Assembly (NCBI GenBank): GCA_038064675.1
Contig: JBBTSM010000003.1
Location: 38,663-102,662 of the forward strand
From: Patescibacteria group bacterium
GTDB lineage: Bacteria; Patescibacteriota; Patescibacteriia; UBA9934
Length of the DNA: 64,000 nucleotides
Direction: 5' to 3'
A program made the position numbers and the translations under genes. Positions 1 through 9,852 of the stretch are shown here, one piece after another (position 1 is the stretch's first letter; each line of letters opens with the position of its first letter). A model generated the notes under the pieces. That model was not told the origin of the DNA. It was given only the letters and a program-made list of their open reading frames with translations, and searched no databases.

Positions 1-706
1 CTAAAAGAAAAAGCCAGTTTTGCGAACGGACGATTTCCACAGGAATGCCACCAACAAGAATGGATGGAATAACAACGGTATAAAAAATGCGCGCCGCGTC
101 GGAGTACAGTGCTGACGGATAGAGACTTGGAGAAAGGAATGACTTATACAAGCTCATCGCGATCGAGTCTCCATCAAGCAGAAAAAACGCCGGAAGTTGC
201 GAAAGAATACTCATCGCGACCGTGATTGCTGCGCCAGGAATGATTGCGAGGAACATCATTCCAATCATCTCAGGCGTTGCCTGAATCTTTACTGCATACA
301 GCACAAGAAGTATTAACCCGAACACAGCGTCACCAAGTGCGGCAACGTCAGTCTTGCTCGTCAGTACGCGCCACAGAACCGTATTCGGCGAAAGCAAGAT
401 TCCATCAAACGATGCATCTGCTACGTATTTATTGATCCACGGCGCACCTCCAAAAAACGCAAACGCAAGACCGAATGTGATTGTGCCAAATCCAAGAAGG
501 CCAACGGAGTCCCATACATCCCAGCCGTTCACCGTGCCGAACGTGGTAAAGAAAATCGCCCACACCGCAACAAACGCACTATCATTTATCATCATGCCAA
601 ACACCTGCAAGCCAAAGGCGATACGATTTTCCAAAGCAGCACGAAGATTCGTCCTCCATGAGAGTACTGCGACGGCCCATTCATGGTGTAGTGTTTTCAC
701 GAACAT
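1..706 (-). CDS. ABC-2 family transporter permease, partial (continues beyond window start)
   Basis: Own reverse-complement translation from ATG at 706..704 gives a polytopic membrane protein (MFVKTLHHEWAVAVLSWR...GLLGFGTITFGLAFAFFGG...). It sits 1 nt downstream of the neighbouring permease stop (708-710), in the same operon as the ABC ATPase. Confidence 0.5.
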   Translation of the reverse strand, partial: MFVKTLHHEWAVAVLSWRTNLRAALENRIAFGLQVFGMMINDSAFVAVWAIFFTTFGTVNGWDVWDSVGLLGFGTITFGLAFAFFGGAPWINKYVADASFDGILLSPNTVLWRVLTSKTDVAALGDAVFGLILLVLYAVKIQATPEMIGMMFLAIIPGAAITVAMSILSQLPAFFLLDGDSIAMSLYKSFLSPSLYPSALYSDAARIFYTVVIPSILVGGIPVEIVRSQNWLFLL

Positions 707-707
707 A

Positions 708-1568
708 TTATCCGCCATTTACTGCAACGCGCTTCATTGCAAGATGCCACATCAATCCAACCACACCAGCCATAATCATCATCCACAATGCCTGTGATAC
801 AAAGAGGAACGGCGCGTGATGGAGAAAATCTGGAGTGAACGCCTGTGAAAATGCCATCATCGCACCGAACGGCGACCATTCCGCAATGAGCCGAAGAGCG
901 TTCGGGAACAAAACGATTGGTACAAACGCCCCACCAACAATCATCACGAGCTTATCAACGATCCACATCACTGGCATGGAATTTTCAATCCAAAATGCAC
1001 TAAGGCCGACGCAGATAAACACCATAACAGAAATAAAAATCCCAAGGACAAATAAACCAACCGTGGTCAGAAACCATACCGGGGTCGCATGCACTTCTGG
1101 CGCACCAACATACACCATAAGAAAGGAAAAGTTCACCACAAGCTGCTGGCCGAGCATCGGAATTTGCTTTCCAAGTCGGTGCGCAACACGCCACAACAAA
1201 TAATGCATCGGCTTCACAAGCCGCACCTCAATACTCCCGTCTTTCACGTCATCAGAAATGTCTCGAAAAATATATCTGGTTCCAACGCCCCAATACACAG
1301 AATACATCGCCAACGACCATAACACCGTCGCGAGATTCATTCCACGAACAGAGGCGGTGCCGATGCTACTCTGGTACACCGAAAACAAACCAAAAAGCGT
1401 GACGATGGTGCAGCCCAACGAAAAGACGAGCGGAAGCAACCGTTCGGTGGTCGATCGTGCCGCTAACTGTACGATCGTTACAAACGTTCGGAGACTATTT
1501 TGCCGCGGCATACACAGAGGCAATAACCTCTTCAAGGGTTGGATTGGAAATATCCAAGTCGTCAACAT
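708..1568 (-). CDS. ABC-2 type transporter permease
   Basis: 286-aa ORF with multiple hydrophobic helices. It overlaps the 3' end of the upstream ABC ATPase gene in operon arrangement. Confidence 0.6.
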   Translation of the reverse strand: MLTTWIFPIQPLKRLLPLCMPRQNSLRTFVTIVQLAARSTTERLLPLVFSLGCTIVTLFGLFSVYQSSIGTASVRGMNLATVLWSLAMYSVYWGVGTRYIFRDISDDVKDGSIEVRLVKPMHYLLWRVAHRLGKQIPMLGQQLVVNFSFLMVYVGAPEVHATPVWFLTTVGLFVLGIFISVMVFICVGLSAFWIENSMPVMWIVDKLVMIVGGAFVPIVLFPNALRLIAEWSPFGAMMAFSQAFTPDFLHHAPFLFVSQALWMMIMAGVVGLMWHLAMKRVAVNGG

Positions 1569-2478
1569 CGTGCTGCTGCATCAACGTGCCGATAACATCG
1601 TTCACACGGTGCTTTGTGGTATCAATATCAAACGTAACCGCGCGATCGTGACGCACAATCTGCTTCGCTCCGATGAGTGAGAAGTCCTTTGCATGGTTCC
1701 CAAGATCTGCCCGAACATGCTTCACGGTAAAATATCGTTGTTGCAATGCCGCCGTTGATTCGTCAATGATGATTTTTCCATGATTCACAATAACCGTCCT
1801 GTCACACAGCGCCTCAATGTCACCAGCGTCATGCGATGTAAGGAATAGCGTCACGCCCTCCTCCTTACACAGTGTGTTCAGCACGTCTCTCAGCGATTGT
1901 TTTGCAACCACATCTAAGCCGATTGTTGGTTCGTCAAGAAAAATAATCTCCGGCTTGTGCAAGAGCGACGCGGCGATCTCTGCGCGCATACGCTGCCCAA
2001 GGGAGAGCTTCCGAACAGGTCGATCAAGAAATTCCTCCAGCGCGAACATCGACGAAAGCTGCTTTGCCCGACGACGAATCGCCAACGCCTTCATTCCATA
2101 CATCACACCAAAGAGCTCGAACGAGTCCGCAACGGGAAGATTCGCGATCAGTTGCGATCGCTGACCAAAAAGCGTTCCAATCTTGTATGAAAGCTCGCGT
2201 CGATCGCCAGTAGGATTCAGCCCGGCGACCCGCACATCTCCCGACGTTGGATGGAGAATGCCGGTCATCATTTTAATCGTTGTCGATTTTCCTGCACCAT
2301 TCGGCCCAATGAACGCTAATCGCTCGCCGCGTTCAACGGTGAGTGAAATGTTATCCACGGCATGAATAATTTTCTTATCAGGGCGCCAAAAGTTCTTCCA
2401 CGCGCCATACGCAGGATTCCGAATGATGGTAGAAAATGATTTCGAAACATTCTCAAGAACAATGTGATTCCTTGCCAT
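1495..2478 (-). CDS. ABC transporter ATP-binding protein
   Basis: Walker A GPNGAGKST, ABC signature LSLGQRMR, Walker [13 protein letters not shown]. Confidence 0.9.
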   Translation of the reverse strand: MARNHIVLENVSKSFSTIIRNPAYGAWKNFWRPDKKIIHAVDNISLTVERGERLAFIGPNGAGKSTTIKMMTGILHPTSGDVRVAGLNPTGDRRELSYKIGTLFGQRSQLIANLPVADSFELFGVMYGMKALAIRRRAKQLSSMFALEEFLDRPVRKLSLGQRMRAEIAASLLHKPEIIFLDEPTIGLDVVAKQSLRDVLNTLCKEEGVTLFLTSHDAGDIEALCDRTVIVNHGKIIIDESTAALQQRYFTVKHVRADLGNHAKDFSLIGAKQIVRHDRAVTFDIDTTKHRVNDVIGTLMQQHDVDDLDISNPTLEEVIASVYAAAK

Positions 2479-2480
2479 AT

Positions 2481-5060
2481 TTACAACCCAAACGGTGGCT
2501 CTGCTGGCGCTGCGGTTCGAAGCGCCGCTGTGCCCGAACGTGCATACATTTCGTCTTCAACCTCCTGCCGATCGCGGCCATACATGAGACGAGAGATCTG
2601 TTTCAATCCATCTGCCATGTCCTTGCTTCCCTTAATTGGAGGATCAGCCTTCAGTGTGAATGGTTTTTCCTGACTTCCGTTCACCAACACCTTTGCACTC
2701 CACGTCCACGCAGCCGCATTCATCAAATCGTACGGACTAAATGTTGGTTCGAAAATCTTTCCTAACACCTCTGTATCATCCGGACCAACTTTTGCGACCA
2801 GGAATGATCCGACGTTTCCAAGCACCGCATCGCGAATCTTTGTATCCCCGTTCTTCACCAACTGACCCATGTACTGGTGTGCCATCACCAAACTCAAACG
2901 ATATTTGCGTGCCTCGGAAAGAATCGTCGCGATTGATGGATTCACGAAGTTCTGGAACTCGTCGATGTACAGCACAAAATCTTTACGATCCTTTTCTTCC
3001 GTATCACCACGGGTAAACGCCGCAATCTGTAACTTCGACACCAAGATTCCTCCAATCAGCGCTGTACACAATTCGCCGAGCTTTCCCTTGCTCAAGTTGA
3101 CGATGAGAATCTTTCCAGAATCGAGAATGTCGCGGAAATTAATCGAACTCTTCTCCTGCGAGATGATTGGACGAATAAATTCGTTGTTCACAAACTCGCT
3201 GAACTTCGACGTAATATATGGAACCATGTTCGCGAGCGATCCTTCGCCGCCCGCCTTCTCCGCCTGCTTCTCCCAGAAATCCACCACTAAACGACTCTTA
3301 CACTTCGACAGTTTCATCTTTCGGTACGCGTCGTCTGTCAGCACCTTCGCGATTTCGATCAGTGTCGAGCCACTGTTCGGATCATCCATCAATAGCAACA
3401 TCGCGTTGCTCACATACTGAATAAACATTGGACCACCCGTTGCTTTCAAATCGTACAGCTGATCGAAAATCGCCAACATCTCGTTCACCACTTTCGTTTT
3501 CTGCTCTGGGAATTCTGGATCAAACTCCAACATGTTCAAACCGAACGGTCGCTCAATGTCGCCAGGATTGAAGTAAATCACATCGTCGATACGATCCTTT
3601 GGTACCAATCCCAAACACCCTTCAGCCAAGTCACCATGCGGATCAATCACCGCAACGCCAAGACCATTCGCAATATCCTGCGCAACAAGATTTTGAATGT
3701 ATTCCGATTTTCCGGAACCTGTTTTACCAATAATGTACAAATGTCTGCGACGATCCGCGATGCCAAGACGTACAACGGTCTCTTTGCTGCGATAGATGTT
3801 TGTCCCAATGCGCAACCCTTCTGTTGGCATATTGAGCGGTGCTGGTGCGATGCGCGCAAGCATCCACCGAATGTTCGGCGTGTCGGTAGACGGCAACGGC
3901 ATGTGCCACAATCCCGCCATCTCTTCCGTGTTCAAAACGATAGAATGCTTCTCGGAGAATCTGCGGTAAATAAAATCCTTCAAGATGCCATCTTTTCCGC
4001 GAGGAATTACTTTCGTGAATGAATTTCCAAATTCGTAAATGTTAAATTGGTTGAACGCAGAAAACACGTTGTCGAGGTACGACTTCGCGATGTCTGGCGT
4101 AGAGCCACATGCGATGATGCGGATATTCGCCTCCATGCCAGCCTTTGAGATTTTATTCTCAATACCCTCCAACATCTTCGTTTCCGCCTGGCTGAGCTTG
4201 CGATCCTTTCGTTTCTGTTCTTCTTTTTCCTTAGATTCCTTTGTGCCAAACCAGCCGGAAAAGAAGTTTCCACCATGTTCAGCCTCGTGCAACGTCATGC
4301 CCTCTTGCATATGACGAACAATCTTTGCGCCTCTATCACGCCAACCATGATGCGTTGCCCGAATAATGTATTGAATTGCCACGCCATCAGCATCCGCCAC
4401 CTTCGACATCGCGTTTGTGAGCGGATTCAAGGGATCGCTCTCAAGGTCCTTATACGTCTTTACCGGGAACACACTACTCCGCTTCAACGTAACATAGCCA
4501 CCAAGCATCGTGCCCTGTGGCGAGAACATGTTGTAATCCAATACTTCCTCAAATTGCGCGTCGCTCCACTGTGCGTGTAATTGCTGCTCAAAAAACGCGC
4601 GCATGTTTTTTGGAAGCGTTACGTAAAACGTCACCAATTTTTTGTGCGCAACAATTTCCAGTGCAACAGCGTCAGAACGACCAAAAAACCACGCAGAAAT
4701 ACCATGATGAGGTTTTAAGCCACCAATTGCCGCGTAAATTCCCTCTGCCATCGCAATATGTTCCTTGATCTGCGACGTTGCCTCATTTTGTTTTGCGTCT
4801 TCCTGATTACGGAATCGTGGAATTGTCACCATCAACGTAATGGTTGAATCTTCCCCGCCACGCAAGTGGCTTTGCGCGATAAGTCGAGAACGAATAAACA
4901 ACACCATTGCGGCGGCAATGCCCACAACGGAAGCAACAATGAAGAGCATCGGAAGAATGTCGCTCAACGACGACGTTGCAACAGCCGGCGACAACGTTGG
5001 AGCAAGGTCGTCCAGCCCGTATGGATTTGATTTTGCAAGGGCAAGAAGCGTATTCAGCAC
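2481..5060 (-). CDS. TraG/VirD4/TraD-like type IV coupling protein family P-loop ATPase (T4SS/conjugation-associated)
   Basis: 859 aa with an N-terminal TM helix (MLFIVASVVGIAAAMVLFI), Walker A IIGKTGSGKS, Walker B-like VLYIDEFQNF and a downstream AHQ motif. Family assignment (T4CP versus VirB4/FtsK-like) is uncertain. Confidence 0.5.
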   Translation of the reverse strand: MLNTLLALAKSNPYGLDDLAPTLSPAVATSSLSDILPMLFIVASVVGIAAAMVLFIRSRLIAQSHLRGGEDSTITLMVTIPRFRNQEDAKQNEATSQIKEHIAMAEGIYAAIGGLKPHHGISAWFFGRSDAVALEIVAHKKLVTFYVTLPKNMRAFFEQQLHAQWSDAQFEEVLDYNMFSPQGTMLGGYVTLKRSSVFPVKTYKDLESDPLNPLTNAMSKVADADGVAIQYIIRATHHGWRDRGAKIVRHMQEGMTLHEAEHGGNFFSGWFGTKESKEKEEQKRKDRKLSQAETKMLEGIENKISKAGMEANIRIIACGSTPDIAKSYLDNVFSAFNQFNIYEFGNSFTKVIPRGKDGILKDFIYRRFSEKHSIVLNTEEMAGLWHMPLPSTDTPNIRWMLARIAPAPLNMPTEGLRIGTNIYRSKETVVRLGIADRRRHLYIIGKTGSGKSEYIQNLVAQDIANGLGVAVIDPHGDLAEGCLGLVPKDRIDDVIYFNPGDIERPFGLNMLEFDPEFPEQKTKVVNEMLAIFDQLYDLKATGGPMFIQYVSNAMLLLMDDPNSGSTLIEIAKVLTDDAYRKMKLSKCKSRLVVDFWEKQAEKAGGEGSLANMVPYITSKFSEFVNNEFIRPIISQEKSSINFRDILDSGKILIVNLSKGKLGELCTALIGGILVSKLQIAAFTRGDTEEKDRKDFVLYIDEFQNFVNPSIATILSEARKYRLSLVMAHQYMGQLVKNGDTKIRDAVLGNVGSFLVAKVGPDDTEVLGKIFEPTFSPYDLMNAAAWTWSAKVLVNGSQEKPFTLKADPPIKGSKDMADGLKQISRLMYGRDRQEVEDEMYARSGTAALRTAAPAEPPFGL

Positions 5061-5113
5061 AGAAAATAATGTTATTAGGGCTTTCTCATTTGAGACTATT
5101 TTCGATGAACCAG

Positions 5114-5185
5114 GAGCAAAGTTCGCGAGACGTACTTCATGTGTACGTTGAGCGAATTTGCGACGCAGTGAGTCGAAAAGAGGCC
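5114..5185. repeat. structured intergenic repeat, family X/Y copy 1 (~72 nt)
   Basis: About 80% identical to 14801..14873. Shared core cgtacttcatg(t)gtacgttgag forms a CGTAC/GTACG hairpin, flanked by gcaaagttcgc ... gcgaatttgc complementarity. Confidence 0.6.
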
Positions 5186-5198
5186 AAATGAGGAAGTC

Positions 5199-5714
5199 CT
5201 ATTGGTGAGCCGATTCTGCGAACATCATAACGCGGTCGGTTTTAATCTTCATTTCTTGTTCCAAGAAGTATTTGTTGATCCCCGGCAAGCTTCCAAGCCA
5301 TTCCATCACCAATTTCCACACCTCCTTCGCTTTGGCCTTTCCGAAAATGATCATGTCTGTAATTTTGTTCGCGATTTCCTCCCCTTTCTGACGAAACACG
5401 AGCTGACGATCCTTCGGCAGCGCTTTATACGTATCGCCAAGACCGTCGGAAAGAATTTCTTCAACATCCTTGAGCATCTTTGCGCGAGGATCAGTGGCAA
5501 CCTGCGACGGCGCCGCACGCTGAGCTGTCTGCTGTACAGGAACCGCGGCACTGATCGCCGCCTCATTCTGCTGCGGAGCAACGCTCGTTTCACGCTCAAC
5601 AGAAGACTCCACCCCGCCAGTAGCTGGTGTTTCTGCTCGTGGCAGGATATTCGAGACGCGTTCAAGTTCGGGCATGACACCATTATACAACATCGGAAAA
5701 TCCCCGAAATTCAA
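5199..5714 (-). CDS. hypothetical protein
   Basis: 171-aa ORF in the minus-strand gene array. No recognisable motifs. Confidence 0.45.
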   Translation of the reverse strand: MNFGDFPMLYNGVMPELERVSNILPRAETPATGGVESSVERETSVAPQQNEAAISAAVPVQQTAQRAAPSQVATDPRAKMLKDVEEILSDGLGDTYKALPKDRQLVFRQKGEEIANKITDMIIFGKAKAKEVWKLVMEWLGSLPGINKYFLEQEMKIKTDRVMMFAESAHQ

Positions 5715-5748
5715 AAGCCCCAGACCTCTGTTCGGCCCGGGGCATTCT
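5712..5748 (-). terminator. rho-independent terminator downstream of cysS
   Basis: Minus-strand reading gives GCCCCGGGCC gaacagag GTCTGGGGC followed by TTTTGAATTT. Confidence 0.5.
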
Positions 5749-5751
5749 GCT

Positions 5752-7149
5752 TTACCAAACCTCCTTCAGTTTCTGCCCGCTTGGCGTGTCGTCGATGTCA
5801 AAGCTAAGCTTTAACACTTCGTCCCGTAACTCATCGGATTTCTTCCAATCCTTGTTCGATCTTGCCACTTCGCGATCGGTGACCAGCTTCTCGACAGCGC
5901 TCGGAATCGCTAATGGTCGGGCAACAACATCTTCCAGCGCAAGGCCGAGAATTTCGTCCATCGCAAGGAGCGTCGCCGATTTCACTGAACGCTCCATTGA
6001 TACGTGATTGAGTACGCCGTAAAAGATCGCGAGTGCGCCGGGCGTGTCGAGATCGTCGTTAATGTGTTCCATGAACTGCACCATAGATTCCGCATCTGCT
6101 TCGCTCGGCTTCGGCAAATCGCGAACCGCGTTTCGAATATTCCCGAGTGCGATGTGCGACGCCCCAACCGCATCCCACGTGAAGTTCTGCGGCGTTCGAT
6201 AATGTGCGCCGAGGATAAAGAGACGGAAACTCAAGGGATGAATCTTATGCGCCTCCAGATCGGCAACCGTATACGTATTGTTCAACGACTTACTCATCTT
6301 CCCGCCATCAATCTGCAGGAATTCATTATGCATCCAAAAATTCGCTTCAAGACAGTTTCTTGCGGCAAGTGTCTGCGCGATCTCGTTTTCATGATGAACC
6401 GCAATGTGATCGATTCCGCCAGTGTGCACATCGAATGGAACGCCGAGATATTTCTCGCTCATCGCAGAGCATTCAATGTGCCAACCCGGAAACCCAACGC
6501 CCCACGGCGATTCCCACTCCATCTGTCGCTTCTGGGTTGCTGCGTCCGAGCTCGGCGACGGTGAAAACTTCCACAGTGCAAAATCTGACGCATTCTTTTT
6601 GTCTCCAATTGATACGCGAGCGCCACCTTCTTTCTCATCGAGCGACTGCCCGGAAAGCTGGCCGTACGATGAAAGCTTAGACGTATCGAAATACACTCCA
6701 TCCGCAATCGTGTACGTGTAGCCATTCTTCTCGATCTCCTGAATCATCGCGATCTGTTCGGCGATGTGATCAGTTGCCTTCGGGCTGACATGCGGCATGA
6801 GCATGTTGAACCTTTTCATGTCCTCAAAGTAGAGCGCCGTATATTTCGCTGCGATATCCCACGCACTCTCCCCGGTTTTCTCACTCATCATCTGCAGCTT
6901 CTCCGCACCACCGTCAAGATCGCCAACCAAATGTCCAACGTCGGTAATATTAATGGCCTGCGTTACCGCATAGTCGTTCGCCTCAAACATTCTGCGCAGC
7001 GTATCCGCCATGAGGAACGCACGAAAGTTTCCGATGTGTCCACGACCGTAGACCGTAAGACCGCAGCTGTAGATTCCCACTTTTCCCGGCACCAATGGCG
7101 CAAAGGCCTGTTTTTTTCGCCCAAGCGTATTGAAAAGATGAATCGCCAT
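5752..7149 (-). CDS. cysS: cysteine--tRNA ligase
   Basis: HIGN(F) class I motif region, KMSKS motif (KMSKSLNN), length 465 aa. Confidence 0.95.
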   Translation of the reverse strand: MAIHLFNTLGRKKQAFAPLVPGKVGIYSCGLTVYGRGHIGNFRAFLMADTLRRMFEANDYAVTQAINITDVGHLVGDLDGGAEKLQMMSEKTGESAWDIAAKYTALYFEDMKRFNMLMPHVSPKATDHIAEQIAMIQEIEKNGYTYTIADGVYFDTSKLSSYGQLSGQSLDEKEGGARVSIGDKKNASDFALWKFSPSPSSDAATQKRQMEWESPWGVGFPGWHIECSAMSEKYLGVPFDVHTGGIDHIAVHHENEIAQTLAARNCLEANFWMHNEFLQIDGGKMSKSLNNTYTVADLEAHKIHPLSFRLFILGAHYRTPQNFTWDAVGASHIALGNIRNAVRDLPKPSEADAESMVQFMEHINDDLDTPGALAIFYGVLNHVSMERSVKSATLLAMDEILGLALEDVVARPLAIPSAVEKLVTDREVARSNKDWKKSDELRDEVLKLSFDIDDTPSGQKLKEVW

Positions 7150-7162
7150 AGATGGGAGGAGT

Positions 7163-7414
7163 TTAGCAGATCGCTCCCTCTTCTCGCAATCGTGTTTCTT
7201 TTTGTGCGGCTCCGCGGTTGTACCCGCCCAACGCTCCGTCTGATCGAATCACACGATGGCACGGGATATCGGAATTGAAATTCGTTTTCATTATTGCTCC
7301 AACCGCACGAGACGCCTTCGCGTTCCCTGCGGCAATCGCAACGTTCTTGTACGACATCGTACTGCCCTTCGGAATCTTCGCGACGACAGCGAGCACGCGA
7401 TCTCGAAATGTCAT
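7163..7414 (-). CDS. MGMT-family (Ogt/Ada C-terminal-like) methylated-DNA-protein-cysteine methyltransferase DNA-binding domain protein
   Basis: 83 aa containing the PCHRVI active-site cysteine motif of O6-alkylguanine alkyltransferases. Confidence 0.7.
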   Translation of the reverse strand: MTFRDRVLAVVAKIPKGSTMSYKNVAIAAGNAKASRAVGAIMKTNFNSDIPCHRVIRSDGALGGYNRGAAQKETRLREEGAIC

Positions 7415-7420
7415 ATCCGA

Positions 7421-7891
7421 TTATGCCGTGACATGCTGCATCGCCCTGATCTTCTGTCGTTGATAGCGGCCCTCGAGTGTTCCTTGCGCCAAGATGTGAC
7501 CTTCCATTGCCTCTTCGATCACCTGACGTGGTGCGCCGTGGCCGATGTCGAGAATACAATCGAGCGCGTAGCCGATGAATCGATATTCATGTTCACCAAC
7601 TCCTGGACATGGGCCGCCGTATCCAACCTCGCTAAAATCGGTCTCACCTTCACGTGCGCCTTGTGGAACGCTGTTCTCGCGAATCACTCGCGTGGTTGGT
7701 GCAATGTTCCACACACTCCAATGCAACCAGTTACCAGAAGGCGATGATGGATCATCTACCAAAACCGCAATACTCTGCGTGTCTCCAGGAACGTCGTCGA
7801 ATACGAGTTCTGGATTCACATCCTTCCCATCGCAAGTATATTTTGCGGGGATCATCTCACCACTGAAGAACGCTGGAGACGTGACACGCAT
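7421..7891 (-). CDS. YbhB/YbcL family phosphatidylethanolamine-binding (PEBP/Raf-kinase-inhibitor-like) protein
   Basis: MRVTSPAF...IPAKYTCDG...DPSSPSGNWLHWSVWNI matches the bacterial PEBP signature. Confidence 0.8.
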   Translation of the reverse strand: MRVTSPAFFSGEMIPAKYTCDGKDVNPELVFDDVPGDTQSIAVLVDDPSSPSGNWLHWSVWNIAPTTRVIRENSVPQGAREGETDFSEVGYGGPCPGVGEHEYRFIGYALDCILDIGHGAPRQVIEEAMEGHILAQGTLEGRYQRQKIRAMQHVTA

Positions 7892-8027
7892 AGATGTCGA
7901 TGACTAGTGACGGCGCACAAGATCGTCATGAAGCGCGATGATGTGTTGCATTGTACAAACGCATGAAGAAAGCGTGAAGCACAACCATCCACATGTGCAC
8001 CACTCACTTGACGAGAAATATTTTCAG

Positions 8028-8066
8028 CGAAATCGAAAACGCGGCCCGTTGCGTTGGGCCGCGTTT
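8028..8066 (-). terminator. rho-independent terminator downstream of 8097..8480
   Basis: AAACGCGGCCC gttgcgtt GGGCCGCGTTT hairpin with a T-run on the minus strand (TTTTCGATTT). Confidence 0.55.
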
Positions 8067-8096
8067 CGTCTGCAATGCACCGTGAAGAGCATGCAA

Positions 8097-8480
8097 TCAC
8101 ACCGTCTGAACCAGCACGAGACGAGGCCGCGACAACGCATTCGTCTTACACCGAGCAACGGCGATCGCCGAAGGATCATTCACGATCACATCCATCTCGT
8201 GATAGTTCGGATCGGTACGCTGCGCGTCCGCGACGTTGCGATACGCGAAAATGATCCGCGACCCCATGCCGAGCATCTCACGAATCTCCTCAAGGTTCGC
8301 GCCCTTGCCGAAGCTGGCCAGGGTGAGCGGCGCGATTCCACTCCCGACGCGGAGCCGAACCCACTCTCGTGTCGCGTCTTTTTCCACGACCACATGGAAC
8401 TGGTGTAGGCTGGGATCGCGAGAAGACGATGGCAGAAGAAAGTCGTCGTAACCGACGACGGTGCCGGTAAACTCGAACAT
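8097..8480 (-). CDS. hypothetical protein
   Basis: 127-aa ORF followed by a terminator. No recognisable domain. Confidence 0.45.
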   Translation of the reverse strand: MFEFTGTVVGYDDFLLPSSSRDPSLHQFHVVVEKDATREWVRLRVGSGIAPLTLASFGKGANLEEIREMLGMGSRIIFAYRNVADAQRTDPNYHEMDVIVNDPSAIAVARCKTNALSRPRLVLVQTV

Positions 8481-8581
8481 GTGAGCCTCTGCGGAGTGGT
8501 AGGGCCAGAACAGGCCCCGGTGGGATGTGTCGTCCAGATTGGACAGGTCACGCTATCACAGTATCAGAAAAAGTTGAAGGT

Positions 8582-9037
8582 TTACCAAATCTTCCACCAC
8601 GGCTTCTTTGCTTGTCCGTCGCTCATTTCGCTCAAGGGTAATCCCGAGCGCTCACTTCGCTCGTTCTCCTGCTCCGGCTCCACAAACTTCACCCACCCGT
8701 CAATTCGGCGCATCTCCTTCTCGATGGTTGGCCCTTCATATTCACCGCTGTGCATGTGATTCGATCCGTACGACGGCTTCTTTTGGTCCAGGTGGAGGCT
8801 AAAGGTCACTTCGTCATTCTTATGATCAACATACAAATGGAATCGCGGATAAAACTCCCCCGTCAACCGCAACACAAAACTGCTTTCCCCACTCTGCGGA
8901 TCCGTAAACGCCGAATACCCCGCCTTCCGCAGAACGGCCAACGGGCTGTGCATGACGGCTTTGTCGTAGGTAACTTTCATAATCCAGAAATCAATCGATC
9001 CTAATGGCGCATCCGCTTGTTCCCGTATATTTACCAA
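8582..9037 (-). CDS. hypothetical protein
   Basis: 151-aa ORF. It overlaps the 5' end of the downstream HNH gene by 47 nt, so the true start is possibly an internal Met. Confidence 0.4.
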   Translation of the reverse strand: MVNIREQADAPLGSIDFWIMKVTYDKAVMHSPLAVLRKAGYSAFTDPQSGESSFVLRLTGEFYPRFHLYVDHKNDEVTFSLHLDQKKPSYGSNHMHSGEYEGPTIEKEMRRIDGWVKFVEPEQENERSERSGLPLSEMSDGQAKKPWWKIW

Positions 9038-9734
9038 TAATAATGCCTACAGAACAAACGAATTGGCAATCGGTCATTCGAATATTATTCTCATCGACCC
9101 TCATCTCATTATCATGGATCGAGACTGAATGTTCTTTGAATCTCAAAGTACCACGATCAATCACGAGTTTGTTTGGAACAACAAAACGCATCCGAATGAG
9201 AAACTTTCCGCGCCCCGCTCTCAGTGTAAGTTGATTAGTTTGAAATTCGATGTCCCATGGATCCATTGAATACACAAGTTCATTCTCACGAATCGCCAAT
9301 ATTAGCTCACCCTTCTCGTTAAAAAGCCTAACATAAAGCAAAAGAGTTTCACCATCTGACTTGTAGCCGATGATAGGCTGATCTTCAATGATTAAAGGAA
9401 CCTGTGTTTGAAAAATATTTCCACCCAGCACGGTCACCAAATTACCACCGGCGTAATTCAAAAAGTAAGGCTTGCTAATTCCTTTCTGAAGATTGTAAGG
9501 ATTGGAGTTAGCGTTCCTTACAGCATTTCGCGATAGAAGCTTATTCGTAACCTGCTTATGATGAGAGTCGCATAGAAGAGTAATATCTTCCTCGCGATGT
9601 TCTTTGGTATTTGCCCAACCGTTCATGTGATCGTATTCGTAAAGCGGAATGCCACAAATAACGCATCCAAAGCCACATCGCGTCCTGATATTACGAAGCA
9701 TTGCATCAGGTATTTTTGGGCGAGATTCTTTCAT
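8991..9734 (-). CDS. HNH endonuclease domain protein with uncharacterised C-terminal domain
   Basis: N-terminal CGFGCVICG...YEYDHMNGWANTKEH...LLCDSHHKQ (C-x2-C ... H ... C ... HH) HNH motif. About 150 aa follow with no recognisable motif. Confidence 0.6.
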   Translation of the reverse strand: MKESRPKIPDAMLRNIRTRCGFGCVICGIPLYEYDHMNGWANTKEHREEDITLLCDSHHKQVTNKLLSRNAVRNANSNPYNLQKGISKPYFLNYAGGNLVTVLGGNIFQTQVPLIIEDQPIIGYKSDGETLLLYVRLFNEKGELILAIRENELVYSMDPWDIEFQTNQLTLRAGRGKFLIRMRFVVPNKLVIDRGTLRFKEHSVSIHDNEMRVDENNIRMTDCQFVCSVGIIIGKYTGTSGCAIRID

Positions 9735-9776
9735 TACTTGAGTGTAACAAAAAAGAACCGCGGAGGCGATTCTTTT

Positions 9777-9852
9777 TGGTCGGACTAGCGGGGCTCGAAC
9801 CCACGACCTCGTCGTCCCGAACGACGCGCGCTACCAACTGCGCTATAGTCCG
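9777..9852 (-). tRNA. tRNA-Pro (anticodon CGG)
   Basis: Hand-folded cloverleaf. Acceptor CGGACUA/UAGUCCG with C1:G72, D-stem GCGC, anticodon stem CGUCG/CGACG with loop UUCGGGA, T-arm GUGGG-UUCGAGC-CCCGC, discriminator A and CCA encoded. Confidence 0.85.
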
